Of a stretch of DNA of 64,000 bases, positions 1 through 12,360 are shown in pieces. The DNA comes from Eledone cirrhosa (lineage: Eukaryota): positions 164,796,001-164,860,000 of the forward strand of contig OZ024741.1 in NCBI GenBank assembly GCA_964016885.1, given 5' to 3'. The notes beneath the pieces are model-generated. The model saw only the letters and a list, made by a program, of their open reading frames with translations, was not told where the DNA came from and searched no databases. Position 1 is the first letter of the stretch. The number at the start of each line of letters is the position of its first letter. Made by a program: the position numbers and the translations under genes.

Positions 1-27
1 GGAAAATAGAAGAGAGAATTCTCATTG

Positions 28-333
<306 letters not shown>

Positions 334-334
<1 letters not shown>

Positions 335-2043
335 GGGAGAAAGACAGTCTCCCCCACATCGACCCAATAGAGGGACCAGCAGTGTTAGTCCAGGGTAGTA
401 CAATAAGCAAGGCAATCAAAGATATGAAGACGGGTAAGGCGGCTGGTCCTTCGGAAATAGTTGCTGAGATGCTGAAGGCATCTGGTTCGGTGGGACACAC
501 CATGGTCACCCGGATAGTTAACCAAGTCGTACAGAATGGGGTTGTTCCGAAGGACTGGCGTAGCAGCATCATCATTAACTGTTACAAGGGAAAAGGAGAT
601 GCCCTAGATAGGAGTAACTATAGAGGCATTAAATTAATCGACCAGGTCATGAAGGTCACGGAAAAAGTAATAGCGCAACTAATCAGAGAGAGAATTGATC
701 TAGATGAAATGCAGTTCGGATTTGTGTCAGGCAAAAGTACCACAGACGCTCTTTTCATTGTACGACAACTACAGGAGAAGTACCTAGCTAAAAGTAAACC
801 CCTATACTTAGCTTTCGTCGACTTGGAGAAAGCCTTCGACAGAGTCCCCCGTTCCATTATCTGGTGGTCTCTTAGAAAACTAGGTGTTGACGAATGGCTT
901 GTGAGAGCTATACAAGCCATGTATAAAGAAACAGTCAGTAAGGTTAGAATTAACAACGAATATAGTGAAGAGTTTAGCGTAAAAGTTGGTGTCCATCAGG
1001 GCTCTGTTCTTAGCCCCCTACTATTTATTATTGCCCTTCAGGCTATAACAGAGGAGTTCAAGACCGGCTGCCCATGGGAACTCCTATACACAGATGATCT
1101 AACGCTCATAGCTGAATCAATGACCGAACTAGAGAAGAAATTCCAAACATGGAAGCACGGCCTAGAATCAAAAGGCCTTAAAATTAACCTGGCTAAGACT
1201 AAAGTTCTAGTTTGTAGGAAAGAAAATAAGGCGGCAGTCCCATCTGGGAAATGGCCATGCTCAGTGTGTAGGAAAGGCGTAGGTAGAAACTCCATTTTAT
1301 GTCCCAAATGCAAAGTATGGGTGCATAAAAGATGTAGTGGGATCACAGGTAAGCTAACTAAGAACATAGATTTTACATGTGGCCGGTGCTCTGGTGCAAT
1401 AAGTAGCAGCAAGTGCCCACAAAATACTAGCTCCTTCAACTGCGCAGAGGGTTCTATAGAAATAGTGGACAGCTTCCGTTACCTGGGTGACAAAATCAGC
1501 AGTGGGGGAGGGTGCTCTGAAAGTACAGTAGCTAGAGTCAGAACTGGATGGAAAAAGTTCAGAGAGCTTATACCACTATTAGCCGCTAGAGGGTTCTCCC
1601 TAAAAATGAAAGGCAGGTTATACGATGCCTGCATACGAACAGCAATGCTGCATGGCAGTGAGACCTGGGCATTGTGTGCAGAGGATATACGCAGACTAGA
1701 GAGGAACGAAGCTTGCATGCTCCGCTGGATGTGCAATAGTAATATACGTGAACGGCAAAGCATAAACGAACTAAGGAAAAAATTAGAAATAAGAGGGATC
1801 AGATGTTGTTTACTCGAGAGAAGGCTACGTTGGTACGGTCACATGATGCGCATGAAAGACGACAGCTGTATAACAAAGTGCAGGGCAATAAAGATAGACG
1901 GTAGCCACGGAGTAGGCAGACCCAGAAAAACATGGGACGAGCTGATAAAATCCGACCTCACACGCTTACACCTCTCCAAGACAATGTCACTGGACCGAGA
2001 CCTTTGGCAGTACTCAGTAATAGAGAAGACCCGCCTTACCTAA
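334..2043 (+). CDS. RTE ORF C-terminal part: reverse transcriptase + PHD-type zinc finger + C-terminal domain; APE endonuclease missing
   Basis: Uninterrupted frame within ORF 256..2043; the first ~26 codons of that ORF are microsatellite; C4HC3 motif CSVC..CPKC..HKRC..CGRC. Confidence 0.9.
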
Positions 2044-2553
2044 ATACAAAGTAAAAACCTACTACAGTCAGTAGGCATCTCTATCAAAAGACCCCCCCGT
2101 CCCACCACCTCCACCCCAACCACACCGCCCCTTTCAATGTAAAGTTATGTTGGTCCCACAACATCCAGGCCGAAACAAATGAGATTGTGTAGGTGTCACG
2201 ACAAAAAAACACACAGTCCACGCTGTAAATGTGGCCGTGTAGGCAACACGGTAAAAACCTCCCAGCCCCACACTGTAAATGTGGTTGGTGTTAGGAAGGG
2301 CATCCAGCTGTAGAAAACCCGCCAGACAGTCCACGCTGTAATGTGGCCGTGTAGGCAACACGGTAAAAACCTCCCAGCCCCACACTGTAAATGTGGTTGG
2401 TGTTAGGAAGGGCATCCAACTGTAGAAAACCCGCCAGACAGTCCTATGCGAGCAAGACAACCACTCTTGCCTCAAGTGGGAAAACCCCCGTCCAAACCCA
2501 TGCAAGCGTGGAACACGGACGCTAAACCTGATGATGATGATGATGATGATGAT
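334..2553 (+). mobile_element. RTE-clade LINE, 5'-truncated, with 3' UTR and (GAT)n tail, inserted in (TA)n
   Basis: RT motifs [32 protein letters not shown]; RTE-type C-terminus [18 protein letters not shown]; 3' UTR with GGAAGGGCATCCAGCTGTAGAAA ending in (GAT)n; TA repeats on both sides. Confidence 0.95.
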
Positions 2554-2620
2554 ATATATATATTAGAAAGTGAGGTTTTTTTTACAAAATGAAAAATAAC
2601 CGAGGTGTCCTACACGAGTA

Positions 2621-2976
2621 GGATGTGTAAACAGGTGTGTAGATCTATGTGTAAGCAGGTGTGTAGATCTATGTGTAAGCAGGTGTGTAGATCTATGTGT
2701 AAGCAGATGTGTAGATCTATGTGTAAACAGGTGTGTAGATCTATGTGTAAGTAGGTGTGTAGATCTGTGTAAACAGGTGTGTAGATCTATGTGTAAACAG
2801 GTGTGTAGATCTATGTGTAAGCAGGTGTGTAGATCTATGTGTAAGCAGGTGTGTAGATCTATGTGTAAACAGGTGTGTAGATCTATGTGTAAACAGGTGT
2901 GTAGATCTATGCGTAAGCAGATGTGTAGAACTATGTGTAAACAGGTGTGTAGATCTATGTGTAAGCAGATGTGTAA
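2621..2976. repeat. 24-bp minisatellite (gtgtagatctatgtgtaagcaggt), ~14 copies
   Basis: Directly visible; gives the 8-aa periodic ORF 2777..2980. Confidence 0.95.
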
Positions 2977-3102
2977 TTAGGAAGAAGAAATTAAAAATTC
3001 AACAAATTATAATTCCATTCCTATCAAAGAAAACAATAAATTAAAAGCTTTAATGAATAAGATATCATAGTAGTGATTATGATGATGATAATCATTGATA
3101 TA

Positions 3103-3750
3103 TGGTGGTGGGGATGGTGATGGTGGTATGTAGTGGTGGTGGTGGTGATGGAGTATAGTAGTGGGGGTGATGGTGTTGGAGGCGGTGGTGGTGGTTGTAT
3201 GTAGTGGTAGGTAGTGGTGAGGAGTATAGTAGTGGGGGTGATGGTGTTGGAGGTGGTGGTGGTGGTTGTATGTAGTGGTAGGTGGTGGTGAGGAGTATAG
3301 TAGTGGGGGTGATGGTGTTGGAGGTGGTGGTGGTGGTTGTATGTAGTGGTAGGTGGTGGTGATGGAGTATAGTAGTGGGGGTGATGGTGTTGGAGGTGGT
3401 GGTGATGGTTGTATGTAGTGGTAGGTAGTGGTGAGGAGTATAGTAGTGGGGGTGATGGTGTTGGAGGTGGTGGTGGTGGTTGTGTGTAGTGGTAGGTGGT
3501 GGTGATGGTGTTGGAGGTGGTGGTGGTGGTTGTATGTAGTGGTAGGTGGTGGTGATGGAGTATAGTAGTGGGGGTGATGGTGTTGGAGGTGGTGGTGGTA
3601 GTGGTGTGTAGTGGCGGTGGTGGTGGTTGTATGTAGTGGTAGGTAGTGGTGAGGAGTATAGTAGTGGGGGTGATGGTGTGTGTAATGGTGGTGGTGATGG
3701 TGGGTAATGGTTGTGATGGTGTTGGCAGTGGTGGGATGGTAGTGGTAGTG
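3103..3750. repeat. GGT-rich compound repeat with ~60-63-bp higher-order unit
   Basis: Recurring ggagtatagtagtgggggtgatggtgttggaggtggtgg. Confidence 0.9.
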
Positions 3751-4030
3751 TGTGTATGTTTGTGAATATGTATGAGTATAGTGATGATATTGTTGCTTAT
3801 TAATTAATATATAAAGATAATATGTGTGTGTATGGTGGGAAGAAAATGGTGTGGTAATAATTTAGGTTGATAATTAATTCAGTGTAAGTTAATTAGAATG
3901 TGATGGTGGTGTGAGGGAAGTTATGGATTCTATTGAATGTGTTTAATGGTGTTGTCTATGAGAATGGGATGTGGACATGAGTTAATGTGTATGTCAGATA
4001 AAAATTGAGAGAGAAAGCAATAGAAGAAAT

Positions 4031-4371
4031 GTTCTAAGGCCCCACTCGGTCACAAATGACCTTGGTTTTGAACCTAGAAAGTTTCCCTCTGAGGCACAAG
4101 CCTGGGCAAGGTTTGTTTTGTGGAAGACCAGTAGTCGCCCATACATACCAGTCTCCCCTCTCTATGCCACCAATGTTGTCCAAGGGAAAGGCAATGACTG
4201 ATACAGCTTGGCACCAGCGACATTGCAACTCATTTCTACAGCTGAGTAAACTGGAGCAACGTGAAATAAAGTGTCTTGCTCAACAACACAACACATCACT
4301 TGGTCCGAGAATCAAACTCATAACCTCTCAATTGCAAGCCCAATGCTCTAACCGCTAGGCCATGCACCTTC
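4031..4371 (-). mobile_element. tRNA-derived CORE-type SINE (group B head, tail variant 2)
   Basis: Minus-strand head ggtgcatggcctagcggttagagc..gagtttgattc (A/B-box-like) then ttgagcaagacactttatttcac..cagctgtagaaatgag, shared with the copy at 30451. Confidence 0.8.
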
Positions 4372-4676
4372 ATAAGAAGAAGTGTTAATAAGGTTAAAAT
4401 ATAATGAAAATGAAATTCAGTACTGTCTAAAATAGTGATAGAGTGAGCACTGGTCAAATTGTGTGTGTGTGAGAGAGAGAGACGAGCTATCAACCCAATA
4501 ATCAATGTGGATGTCTTCAGCTATTGGCCCAATCATTGAAGGACTGGGTCAAAGGTTCATATATTGTTACTGACACAGCATTCTGTCTATTTCCCCAAAA
4601 TGATCCAGTTCAACACCATTCACATCACATATCCATACAATCATAATCATTTTTCCTTTTTAGCTCCATTAATATA

Positions 4677-4843
4677 ATTGGTTTCCCAAACTTTTTCAAA
4701 CACGGAACCCTTTTTAGTTCAGAAATTTTTTTGGGAACCCTAAAGTCTAATACTGTTAAACGGTTGTAATATAAATATACTCCTCTACCTTTTTTCATGG
4801 AACCCCAGACACTCCTTTGCAGAACCCACTTTGGGAACCACTG
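4677..4843. mobile_element. hAT (Charlie-like) MITE
   Basis: Ends ggtttcccaaac ... tttgggaaccactg resemble a CAGTGGTTCCCAAA terminal inverted repeat. Confidence 0.55.
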
Positions 4844-5099
4844 CTTTAATACATATCTGCTCTATCAGTTTACATGAGTACCACCTGCAACTCAAGTTTA
4901 AGTAAACTATTCAACAGATCATACTTATCTCATTTCTCTTCAACCAACACAAATTGTCATCCAAAGCCCGCTGTCTAACTAATATTATAATCATCATTGT
5001 ATAATGTCTGCAACAGTTGGATATGTACTCACAGATTGGTCAGTATTCAATCCCAGATTGGACAGAGGCTTGTATCTCACCTACATACACAGACAGGCT

Positions 5100-5520
5100 A
5101 TCATCATCATCATCATCATCCTCGTTTAACGTCCACTTTCCACGCTAGCATGGGTTAGACGGGAGTTGTCCCACTTGAGGCAAGGTTGGTCGGGTGACCG
5201 TGTCTCACTCATATAGGACTATCTGGCAGGTTTTCTACGGCTGGATGCCCTTCCTAACACCAACCACATTTACAGTGTGGAACTGGGAACTTTTTACCGT
5301 GCTACCTACATGACCACATTACAGCGTGGACTGTGTGGTTTTTTTCTCGTGACACCTACACGATCTCGATCTCAATCTCATTTATCTCATTTATTTGGAC
5401 TGGATGTTGTGGTACCAACTTTATAGAGAGGGGGTGGTGTTGGTGGGAGTGGGAGGATAGGGTAGGGGTAGTGGATTGGGGTGTATATTTGGTTAAGAGG
5501 TGCCTACTGGCTGTAGGCTA
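5100..5520 (-). mobile_element. RTE LINE 3' UTR fragment
   Basis: Reverse complement of the 2060-2553 3' UTR with (ATC)n tail. Confidence 0.9.
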
Positions 5521-6135
5521 TGTAATACTATATTTCTCACACATATTTCCTGCAGTCTGATTTGGTTTTTAATGCTTAATCGAGGAATGAAAGGTGGTGC
5601 CCATGACGATTTTGAAAGCCTTCAAAAGTGCTAGAAGGGAGGGAGAATGTTGTCCAAATAATTGTAAAAGAGTGGCTTCTATTAAAAACATTCAAAGACG
5701 AGGTACAGGATTAAATCTACAATCCAAGTAGGCCACATCCGGATTTGAACTGAAAACGCAAAGAGCAGAAACAGATTCTTTAAAGTAATTCCTTTAATGC
5801 TCTAATAATTTCACCAGTCCCCTATCCTGGAGAGAAACATTTTATAAAAGCCAGAAGAATGAAAGATAAAGTTGACCTTGGTGGAATTTAAACTAGGAAG
5901 AATGCATTCTCACTGGTATACAGCTAAACTTCATCTCATCAAGATTAATTCTGTCCCTATTCAATTTTGTTACCTTCATCATAATCCAACAATTTGATTA
6001 TAATGGTTATCTGGCTCTGGTGTATCTCCTTTACCCATGCAGGACGCTGCTATGTTAGTCATTGAGTATGGCACCTTCCTGCAGAAACTGGTTTACTATA
6101 TGACTAATCTGTGTCCTGCACCAGTGGTAGTTGAA

Positions 6136-6362
6136 CCCTTTTGTGACTGTATTTCTAAGAAAATACATTCTATTTCAACCAATAAATGAAGAATTTTGAG
6201 GGATTTACTAAAATTATTATTTCATTACTATAATAGTAACTTAATCTAGGTTCTAATATAAAATTATGTTGGCAGATATTAATTTAAATTGGAAACCTTT
6301 AAAATGGGTGGTTCTATTTCATAGAACCAGAGCCAGATTTGGCCGGATTGGTAACTAAGGGG
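6136..6362. mobile_element. piggyBac-like MITE, family 2 (decayed relatives at ~32952-33185, ~34910-35270, 52311-52551)
   Basis: cccttttgtgac...ggtaactaagggg followed by TTAA; shared internal sequence among the copies. Confidence 0.6.
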
Positions 6363-6957
6363 TTAAACATCCCTATCCTATTTCCCTCTCCATTGCTTCC
6401 TCTCACCTTCTCTGTCACCTTAGGAGTTGCTTTGTGAACAATTTTCAAGGGATTGGCATTTAGCCCACCTACTAATCACTCTCACCCCTCCTATCTTTCT
6501 GTCTTCCCAGAATGCTACATTTCCCCTTCTTTTAGCATGGCTTCCACAGCTGGATCCTCTTTCTAATGCCAACTTCTCTACAGTGTGTACTGGGTGTGGG
6601 AAATTCAATGCTAGAGAGTGAATAAAAATCTCATGCCAGGCAGGAATCTTCAGAATCTTATTTGTATTTATTATTTTAATACGGGGTCGATAAAATAAAT
6701 ACCAGTAATGAACTGGGTAATTGCTGGCCTTGTGCCTAAAGTAGAAACAATTATTTTAAATTTGCAAACTCCATTCCATTAATATATGAAATACTGAAAT
6801 CACAATCCTCAAATAAATACAAATATATATATCATTATTTAACACTCACTTTCCCTATATATATATATATATATGTATGTGAGTGTGTGTGTATATATAT
6901 ATATATAAGTATACATCTATGTACATATATATATATGCGTGTGTGTATGTGCATGTG

Positions 6958-6989
<32 letters not shown>

Positions 6990-7577
6990 GAGATGGTGGT
7001 GGTGATGGGGTAAATAGCAATAGAGAAAGCTGAGATGGGAGAATAAATAAAAGGAAAAAAATCACAATAAACCAATATTGAATGAATTTTTAAATATTAA
7101 TTGAAAATTGTGGGAAAAAAAGCCATCAAACTTTGTCCAAACAAAAGAAAGAAAATTGTTTATAATTTTGCCAGAATTATTCAATATATATATTGATGGA
7201 TTATTTCTATCTCTTGGTGATTGGAAAAAAAAAATCAGATTAAAAAGATGAGGAATAAATGGTTATTGAAATAATTGTTGAGAGAGATGAATTATTATTA
7301 TTATTATCATAAGTAGTAGTAGTAGTTGTTGTGGTAGTAGTAGTAGTGATAGTAGTAGTTACATTAAATATAATATATATATATCAGTTTAGTTTCTAGG
7401 GAAATGGATCTTCAAAACCTATCATCATCTCTATGGAATATGGAAGTAGATTTAAATATCCCGTTGCTTAAAAAATTGAATTTAGTTCAGCAGCATAAAT
7501 GCTAAGCTTGTAATTTCATAGAAATATTAAAGGTTTAGAAAAACATTATCATTATTATCTTTATTATTATTATTACA

Positions 7578-7770
7578 GTAGATTGGCAGTATCTGTAGCG
7601 CATCAAACACCATGCTTTGCAGCATAGAGTTATGGCCCTTTATGATCTGAGTTTAAATCCTGCTTTGCCTTTCATCCTTACAGGGTCGATAAATAAAGTA
7701 TCAGTCATGCACTGGGGTCGATCTGATGGACTTTCCCCCTTCCCTTCAAATTGCTGGTCTTGTGTCAAAT
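7578..7770 (+). mobile_element. tRNA-derived SINE group A
   Basis: Head gattggcagtatc..gagtttaaatcc; core gcctttcatccttacagggtcgataaataaagta. Confidence 0.85.
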
Positions 7771-8044
7771 GTTATCATTTTTTCATTCAACATTTTGTTG
7801 ATCCTTAACTCATATTTGGATTGCTAGATACAAGCTGTGTCTTACAGCCAGAGGTACATCTAACATCTTTCATAAGGTTCTTGCTGTGCCAAGCAAACAA
7901 GATTTTTGTAAAGTCAGGAAATTCACCTCTATATCCAACATCTTCAACCAGCCATTCAAACATCTAGCCACTGTCCTTAAGGCTCCTATTACAATTAGGA
8001 TGATAACATCATCCAGATGCTAAATTCTGCCAGTTGCAGACTGC

Positions 8045-8300
8045 GCATCAACATGAGTTCGATCACCAACAACAGAGTTTAAAGGACAAAGGTCAAGTCC
8101 AGTCCATAAGTTGACATTGTCAAGCCATCATTTTCACTGCCGACCTCTGCTTCTCTTACCAGCCAACTTTCCTTCTAGGCATAACTTACTCATACCACGA
8201 GTTGATCTTTTGATATGACCGTATAGTTTAAGCACTCTTGACCTGGCAACTGATGTGATTGGTCTGAGCCTGTTGAGCAGCTTACTGATACAAATATGGG
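8045..8300 (-). mobile_element. Second RTE-family LINE, C-terminal fragment
   Basis: Hand translation SRVLKLYGHIKRS..CLEGKLAGKRSRGRQ*K*WLDNV. Confidence 0.7.
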
Positions 8301-8448
8301 ATGATAATGTTGCAGCAATTCCAGATTCTCTGCTTTTTGTATTTCAGGTCTGGGTATATTTCTATTTTCTCACTTTCTATTTCTACCACTCTTGCATAAA
8401 ATGGGCAGGCAATATCGAAGGGTCTGCTGTTGAGAAATGGACTGTTAA

Positions 8449-8670
8449 CCCTTTAGCATTTACAGAACTCTATATTTACTATTGTATTTTTTGTAGTAAA
8501 AGCTTTACCTCACATAATTATCGCACATAATATCGATTTTATGAGATTTTGATGTTATTTATTTTGAGAACAATACTTTAACATCAGTATGAGCGGCCAG
8601 TTATAGCCAGTTTGAACAGAGAGTGGTGAGAGAATTCTGGCCGGATATGGCTGGTTTAAATGCTAAAGGG
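8449..8670. mobile_element. piggyBac-like MITE, family 1
   Basis: TTAA|ccctttagcattta ... taaatgctaaaggg|TTAA. Confidence 0.9.
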
Positions 8671-9144
8671 TTAAATCCTAAGCTCTCTGTTCAAGACGCT
8701 CGACCGTACAATAGAGTCCAACTGCATCAAGTCGTATATTTTGTGCAAAACAGAATAGTTATAGTAAAGATGGAACATGCCAGCCATGCAGGCATGTAAG
8801 TCATTCCACGTGAGACACACAAATGGAGAATAGTTCATTGTCACTTGATGGGGGAGGAGGGGTAAACATATGCACTATCAGACATACACGCCAGTCACTT
8901 TCAGTTTTCCTCACAGAATAGCCAACACATTCTTTCCATATTATAATGAGTATAACAATACCTGAGGATGAATGCTCCATTTCCTTATCTGTTTGAAACT
9001 TCATGTCCTATAATACTATTACATGTTGTTTTCAAGGAAACGTTCTCGTTTGTGGTCATACCACTTTGCATGTTCAACTTCAAATATTTTACATACACTA
9101 CATGTAAGCAGGATGGCTCCCTTATCTATATTCTTTCTGATGTA

Positions 9145-9352
9145 CTGTATTTTTCGGAACATAGGACACACTTTTTGTCCAAAATTTGATGTTCAAAATC
9201 ACTGTGCATCTTATAAGGCGAAGGTCAGGTTTGGGGTAATTACCGTATGTAAAAAATTTATAATTAAAAGGTAGAAAAAATATATAGATGCACAGTGATT
9301 TTGAAGGTCAAATTTTGGAAAAAAAGTATGTCCTACATTCCGAAAAATACTG
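9145..9352. mobile_element. Tc2/pogo-like MITE with ~65-bp imperfect TIRs and TA target duplication
   Basis: TA|ctgtatttttcggaacataggaca..cactgtgcatct / agatgcacagtg..tccgaaaaatactg|TA. Confidence 0.8.
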
Positions 9353-9499
9353 TATCTCATTCGGATTGTCTGATCCTACATGGTTAAAATTAAGCCTTCT
9401 GTCTATCTTTCTTCCAGCTTCAGCCACAGGAATGACTTCCCATCTTAATACCTTTCAGTATTTTGGAATGCTCACAATACTTTCCTACAATTTGGCCAT

Positions 9500-9660
9500 C
9501 TGAATCTGACAATCATGTTGGTAAGAAGTAGTTGCTTCTGAGTATACATCTGTAGTAGCATCAACCCATTATCATTGCACTTACCCAAACTGTTCTTGTA
9601 TAAGACTTTTGGCAATGTATCTACATTGCATGACACTATAGCACTGAAGTCACCTATATG
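9500..9660 (-). pseudogene. LINE apurinic endonuclease (APE) fragment, RTE-like
   Basis: ORF 9472..9708 contains IGDFSAIV..LGKCNDNGLMLLQ..LLLTNM, matching the GDFNA..G..N.NG..LL..TNT pattern. Confidence 0.65.
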
Positions 9661-10432
9661 ATGATTTTGCGTCTCTCTCTTTCTTCTCTCTCTCTCTCTT
9701 AAACACACATACTGTTTTATTGGTTCCTACCACATATGTGTGTGTGTGTGTATGTATTTATATATATATATATGTGTGTGTGTATATATTCACTTCATCT
9801 ATTTTAAAACAAAATCTCACTATCTTCATCAATATCACAAACACACATGAAAAATCGAAAAGTTAATGAATAAATCATTTTTTATATTTCTTCATGTTTT
9901 TTTTAAATTCAAAATTACCATCTTTTCTTTTTCATTTTCCATTTTGTAAACACTAAAGGATTTTTTTTATTTTTTATTAATTTTCAGATTTTATTTACTT
10001 TTTAAAATGATATTGCTCACCTAATTATTTAGTTTGTATTAATTATTGAAAATCTTTCTTTGCTCAGTGTATTTAGTAAATATTGATCAGCGGTATTGGT
10101 TAATATCCCTCCTGTATTTCTCACTTCTAGCTACACTGCACCTGTCATCACTTGTGCTGACACACAGCATTTACCAATACACCAACAGTGTTTTGTGTAT
10201 GTAAGTGTGTGTGTGAGAGTGTGTGTGTGTATCTGAGAGAGAGAGAGAGAGAGACTATATGAGTTTATGTGTGTGTGTGTAAATGTGTGAGAGAGAGACT
10301 GTGCAATACGCAGCATACAAATGTTATTTCTTTTTCATATTATTGATATTGCTGATTTTGATGTTGTCTTTAAATGTTTCTGGCAGAAAAATTCAAAATG
10401 AAGGTTATTCTCTTTACATATTATTGCTCTTT

Positions 10433-10610
10433 AGAGCGTCAGACACCATGATTTTCAGCATAGGAGTTATGGCCCTTTACGTTCTGAACTCAAATCCTGC
10501 CAGGTTAACTTTGCCTTTCATCCTTACAGAGTCGACAAAATAAAGCACCAGTAATGCACTGGGGTAATTGCTGGCCTTGTGCCAAAAGTAGAAATATTAT
10601 TATTATTATT
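10433..10610 (+). mobile_element. SINE group A
   Basis: Core gcctttcatccttac..gtcgacaaaataaagcaccag; tail gccttgtgccaaaagtagaa(tat)n. Confidence 0.85.
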
Positions 10611-11115
10611 ACTCACTGCCTCAACCATGTCAGCAAACAACAGCAGCAAAAACAGAGGCAGCGAGGATGCCAAAATCTTTTGTACCAAAAGTGAAGGCAA
10701 CAACAATGGCCTCTACATCTAAACCAGAAATGGGGAAACCAACAGCAACAAGACCACCATTGACAATAACAACAGAATGAACACTAAAACACCAATAACA
10801 ATACCAATAGACGTGGAAGACATGCTTCTACCTGATGTCACACAATTGGATATGAATTGTCATGGAAGTGAAGAGTGGCAAAATAAAAAGCCAAAACCAT
10901 GAGGCAACTAATGCCTAAACCTACACCAACCTCATCATAACCACCATCACCATCACCATCAATAACACCACAACAGACATCACACAAACCAACAATATCC
11001 CAAACACAACCAAACCCACATCTACAAGAACAACAAACACAAGACCAATAAAAAGAACCAAACCATATAAATTACACAGTCATAACCACAAATAACAAGA
11101 AACTAATGTATGACA

Positions 11116-11742
11116 TAATAATAATAATAATAATGAAATTATTGTGTACAGCGCTCAGGTGCACCACAACTCATCAAAAATTGCATGTACAGTACATAGG
11201 GCAATGCACAAACATCAGTAAAATGAACAGTGCACGAGTCATGATACACACATGTGTGCATGTGTATGGAAGGGGTACATCAGGTGTAGTTTTGGCGTAT
11301 TTCGGGAAGCATGAGTGTCTTAAAGGATGCAGTGTCTCGGCAGCTAACAATTGACGCAGGCAGTTTGTTCCATGCTTCAGCAACTCTGAGCATGAAAAAA
11401 TGTCTACGAAAGTCATGGGAGCTGTGCTGTTTTCTGATTTTGTAGGCATGTCCACGTGTGTTAGACACATGGAGATCAAAAAGGTGCTCAGGGTTGCAAT
11501 TGGCGAGATGGTTAATAACTTTGTGGGTATTCACCAAGTCCATTGCCAGACGTCGGAGCTTCAATGAATCCATGCCCAGGGAAGCAAGGCGTTCAGAGTA
11601 TGGTAGGTGTCTGATGGAGGGTATGCGCTTGGTTGCACATCTCTGAACAGTTTCCAGGAGGTCAATGTTCTGAGCAAGATAGGGGGTCCAGACTGATGAT
11701 GCGAATTCCAAGTGTGGCCGTACCATAGCTGTACACAGTTTT
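11116..11742 (-). mobile_element. CR1-clade LINE 3' fragment (ORF2 C-terminus + 3' UTR + (TAT)n tail)
   Basis: ORF 11280..11726: VRPHLEFASSVW.P..LETVQRCATK..YSERL..L.RRL..TRGH..RHFF..RV..WNKLP. Confidence 0.9.
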
Positions 11743-11839
11743 AAATCACAAAACTACAGTTACAGAAAACGACTACATCACCCCCACCAAAAGGTTACAC
11801 TTAGTGTCAGCCCTGTGTGGCTAATAAAGAAATCATTAT

Positions 11840-12360
11840 TGGATTGGCAGTATCGGTAGAGGGTCGGACGCCATGCTTTGCAGCAATGACTTACAGCCCT
11901 TTATGGTCTGAGTTCAAATCCCACCGAGGTTAACTTTACCTTTCATCCTTACGGGGTCGATGAAATAAAGTACCAGTAATACACTGGGATAATTGCTGGC
12001 CTTGTGCCAAAATTAGAAACAATTATTACTATTCTTTCATCCTTATTTGGGTAGATAAAATACAGCACCAGTAACTTACTGGGGTCCGTTGACCTTGTGC
12101 CTAAATCAGAAATCATTATTACTACTACTACGACTACTACTACTACTAAGGCGGTAGATTGGCAGTATCAGTAGAGTTCCGGACATGTTTTGTGGCATGT
12201 AGTTACGTCCCTAGGGTTATCTTTGCCTTTCATCCTTATGAGGTTGATAAAATAAAGTACCAGTAATGCACTGGGGTCGATTTGATCAACTTTCCCCTTC
12301 ACCCCCAAAATTGTTGGCCTTGTGTCTAAATCAGAACCCATTATTACTACTACTATTACT
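11840..12360 (+). mobile_element. SINE group A cluster (about 3 copies, head-to-tail)
   Basis: ggattggcagtatcggtagagggtcggacgcc..gagttcaaatccc..cctttcatccttacggggtcga. Confidence 0.9.

Larger units (their letters stand above)
7790..9500 (-). mobile_element. Decayed R4/Dong-like (RLE) non-LTR retrotransposon 3' part, interrupted by other insertions
   Basis: Hand translation: FLWLK..TEGLI..DQ (9353-9500), KWYDHKRERFLEN..MKFQTDKEMEH (8960-9140), IVIGALRTV..LQKSCLLGTART (7850-8000). Confidence 0.75.

Noticed and set aside
10131-10200. Possible plus-strand 70-nt exon (ttctcacttctAG ... GTAAGT)
   Set aside because: Isolated; the donor lies at the edge of a GT microsatellite and no partner exons were found
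10615-11105. AC-rich segment starting MSANNSSKNRG, possibly a LINE ORF1 remnant
   Set aside because: Multiple stops and no recognisable motif; cannot be assigned
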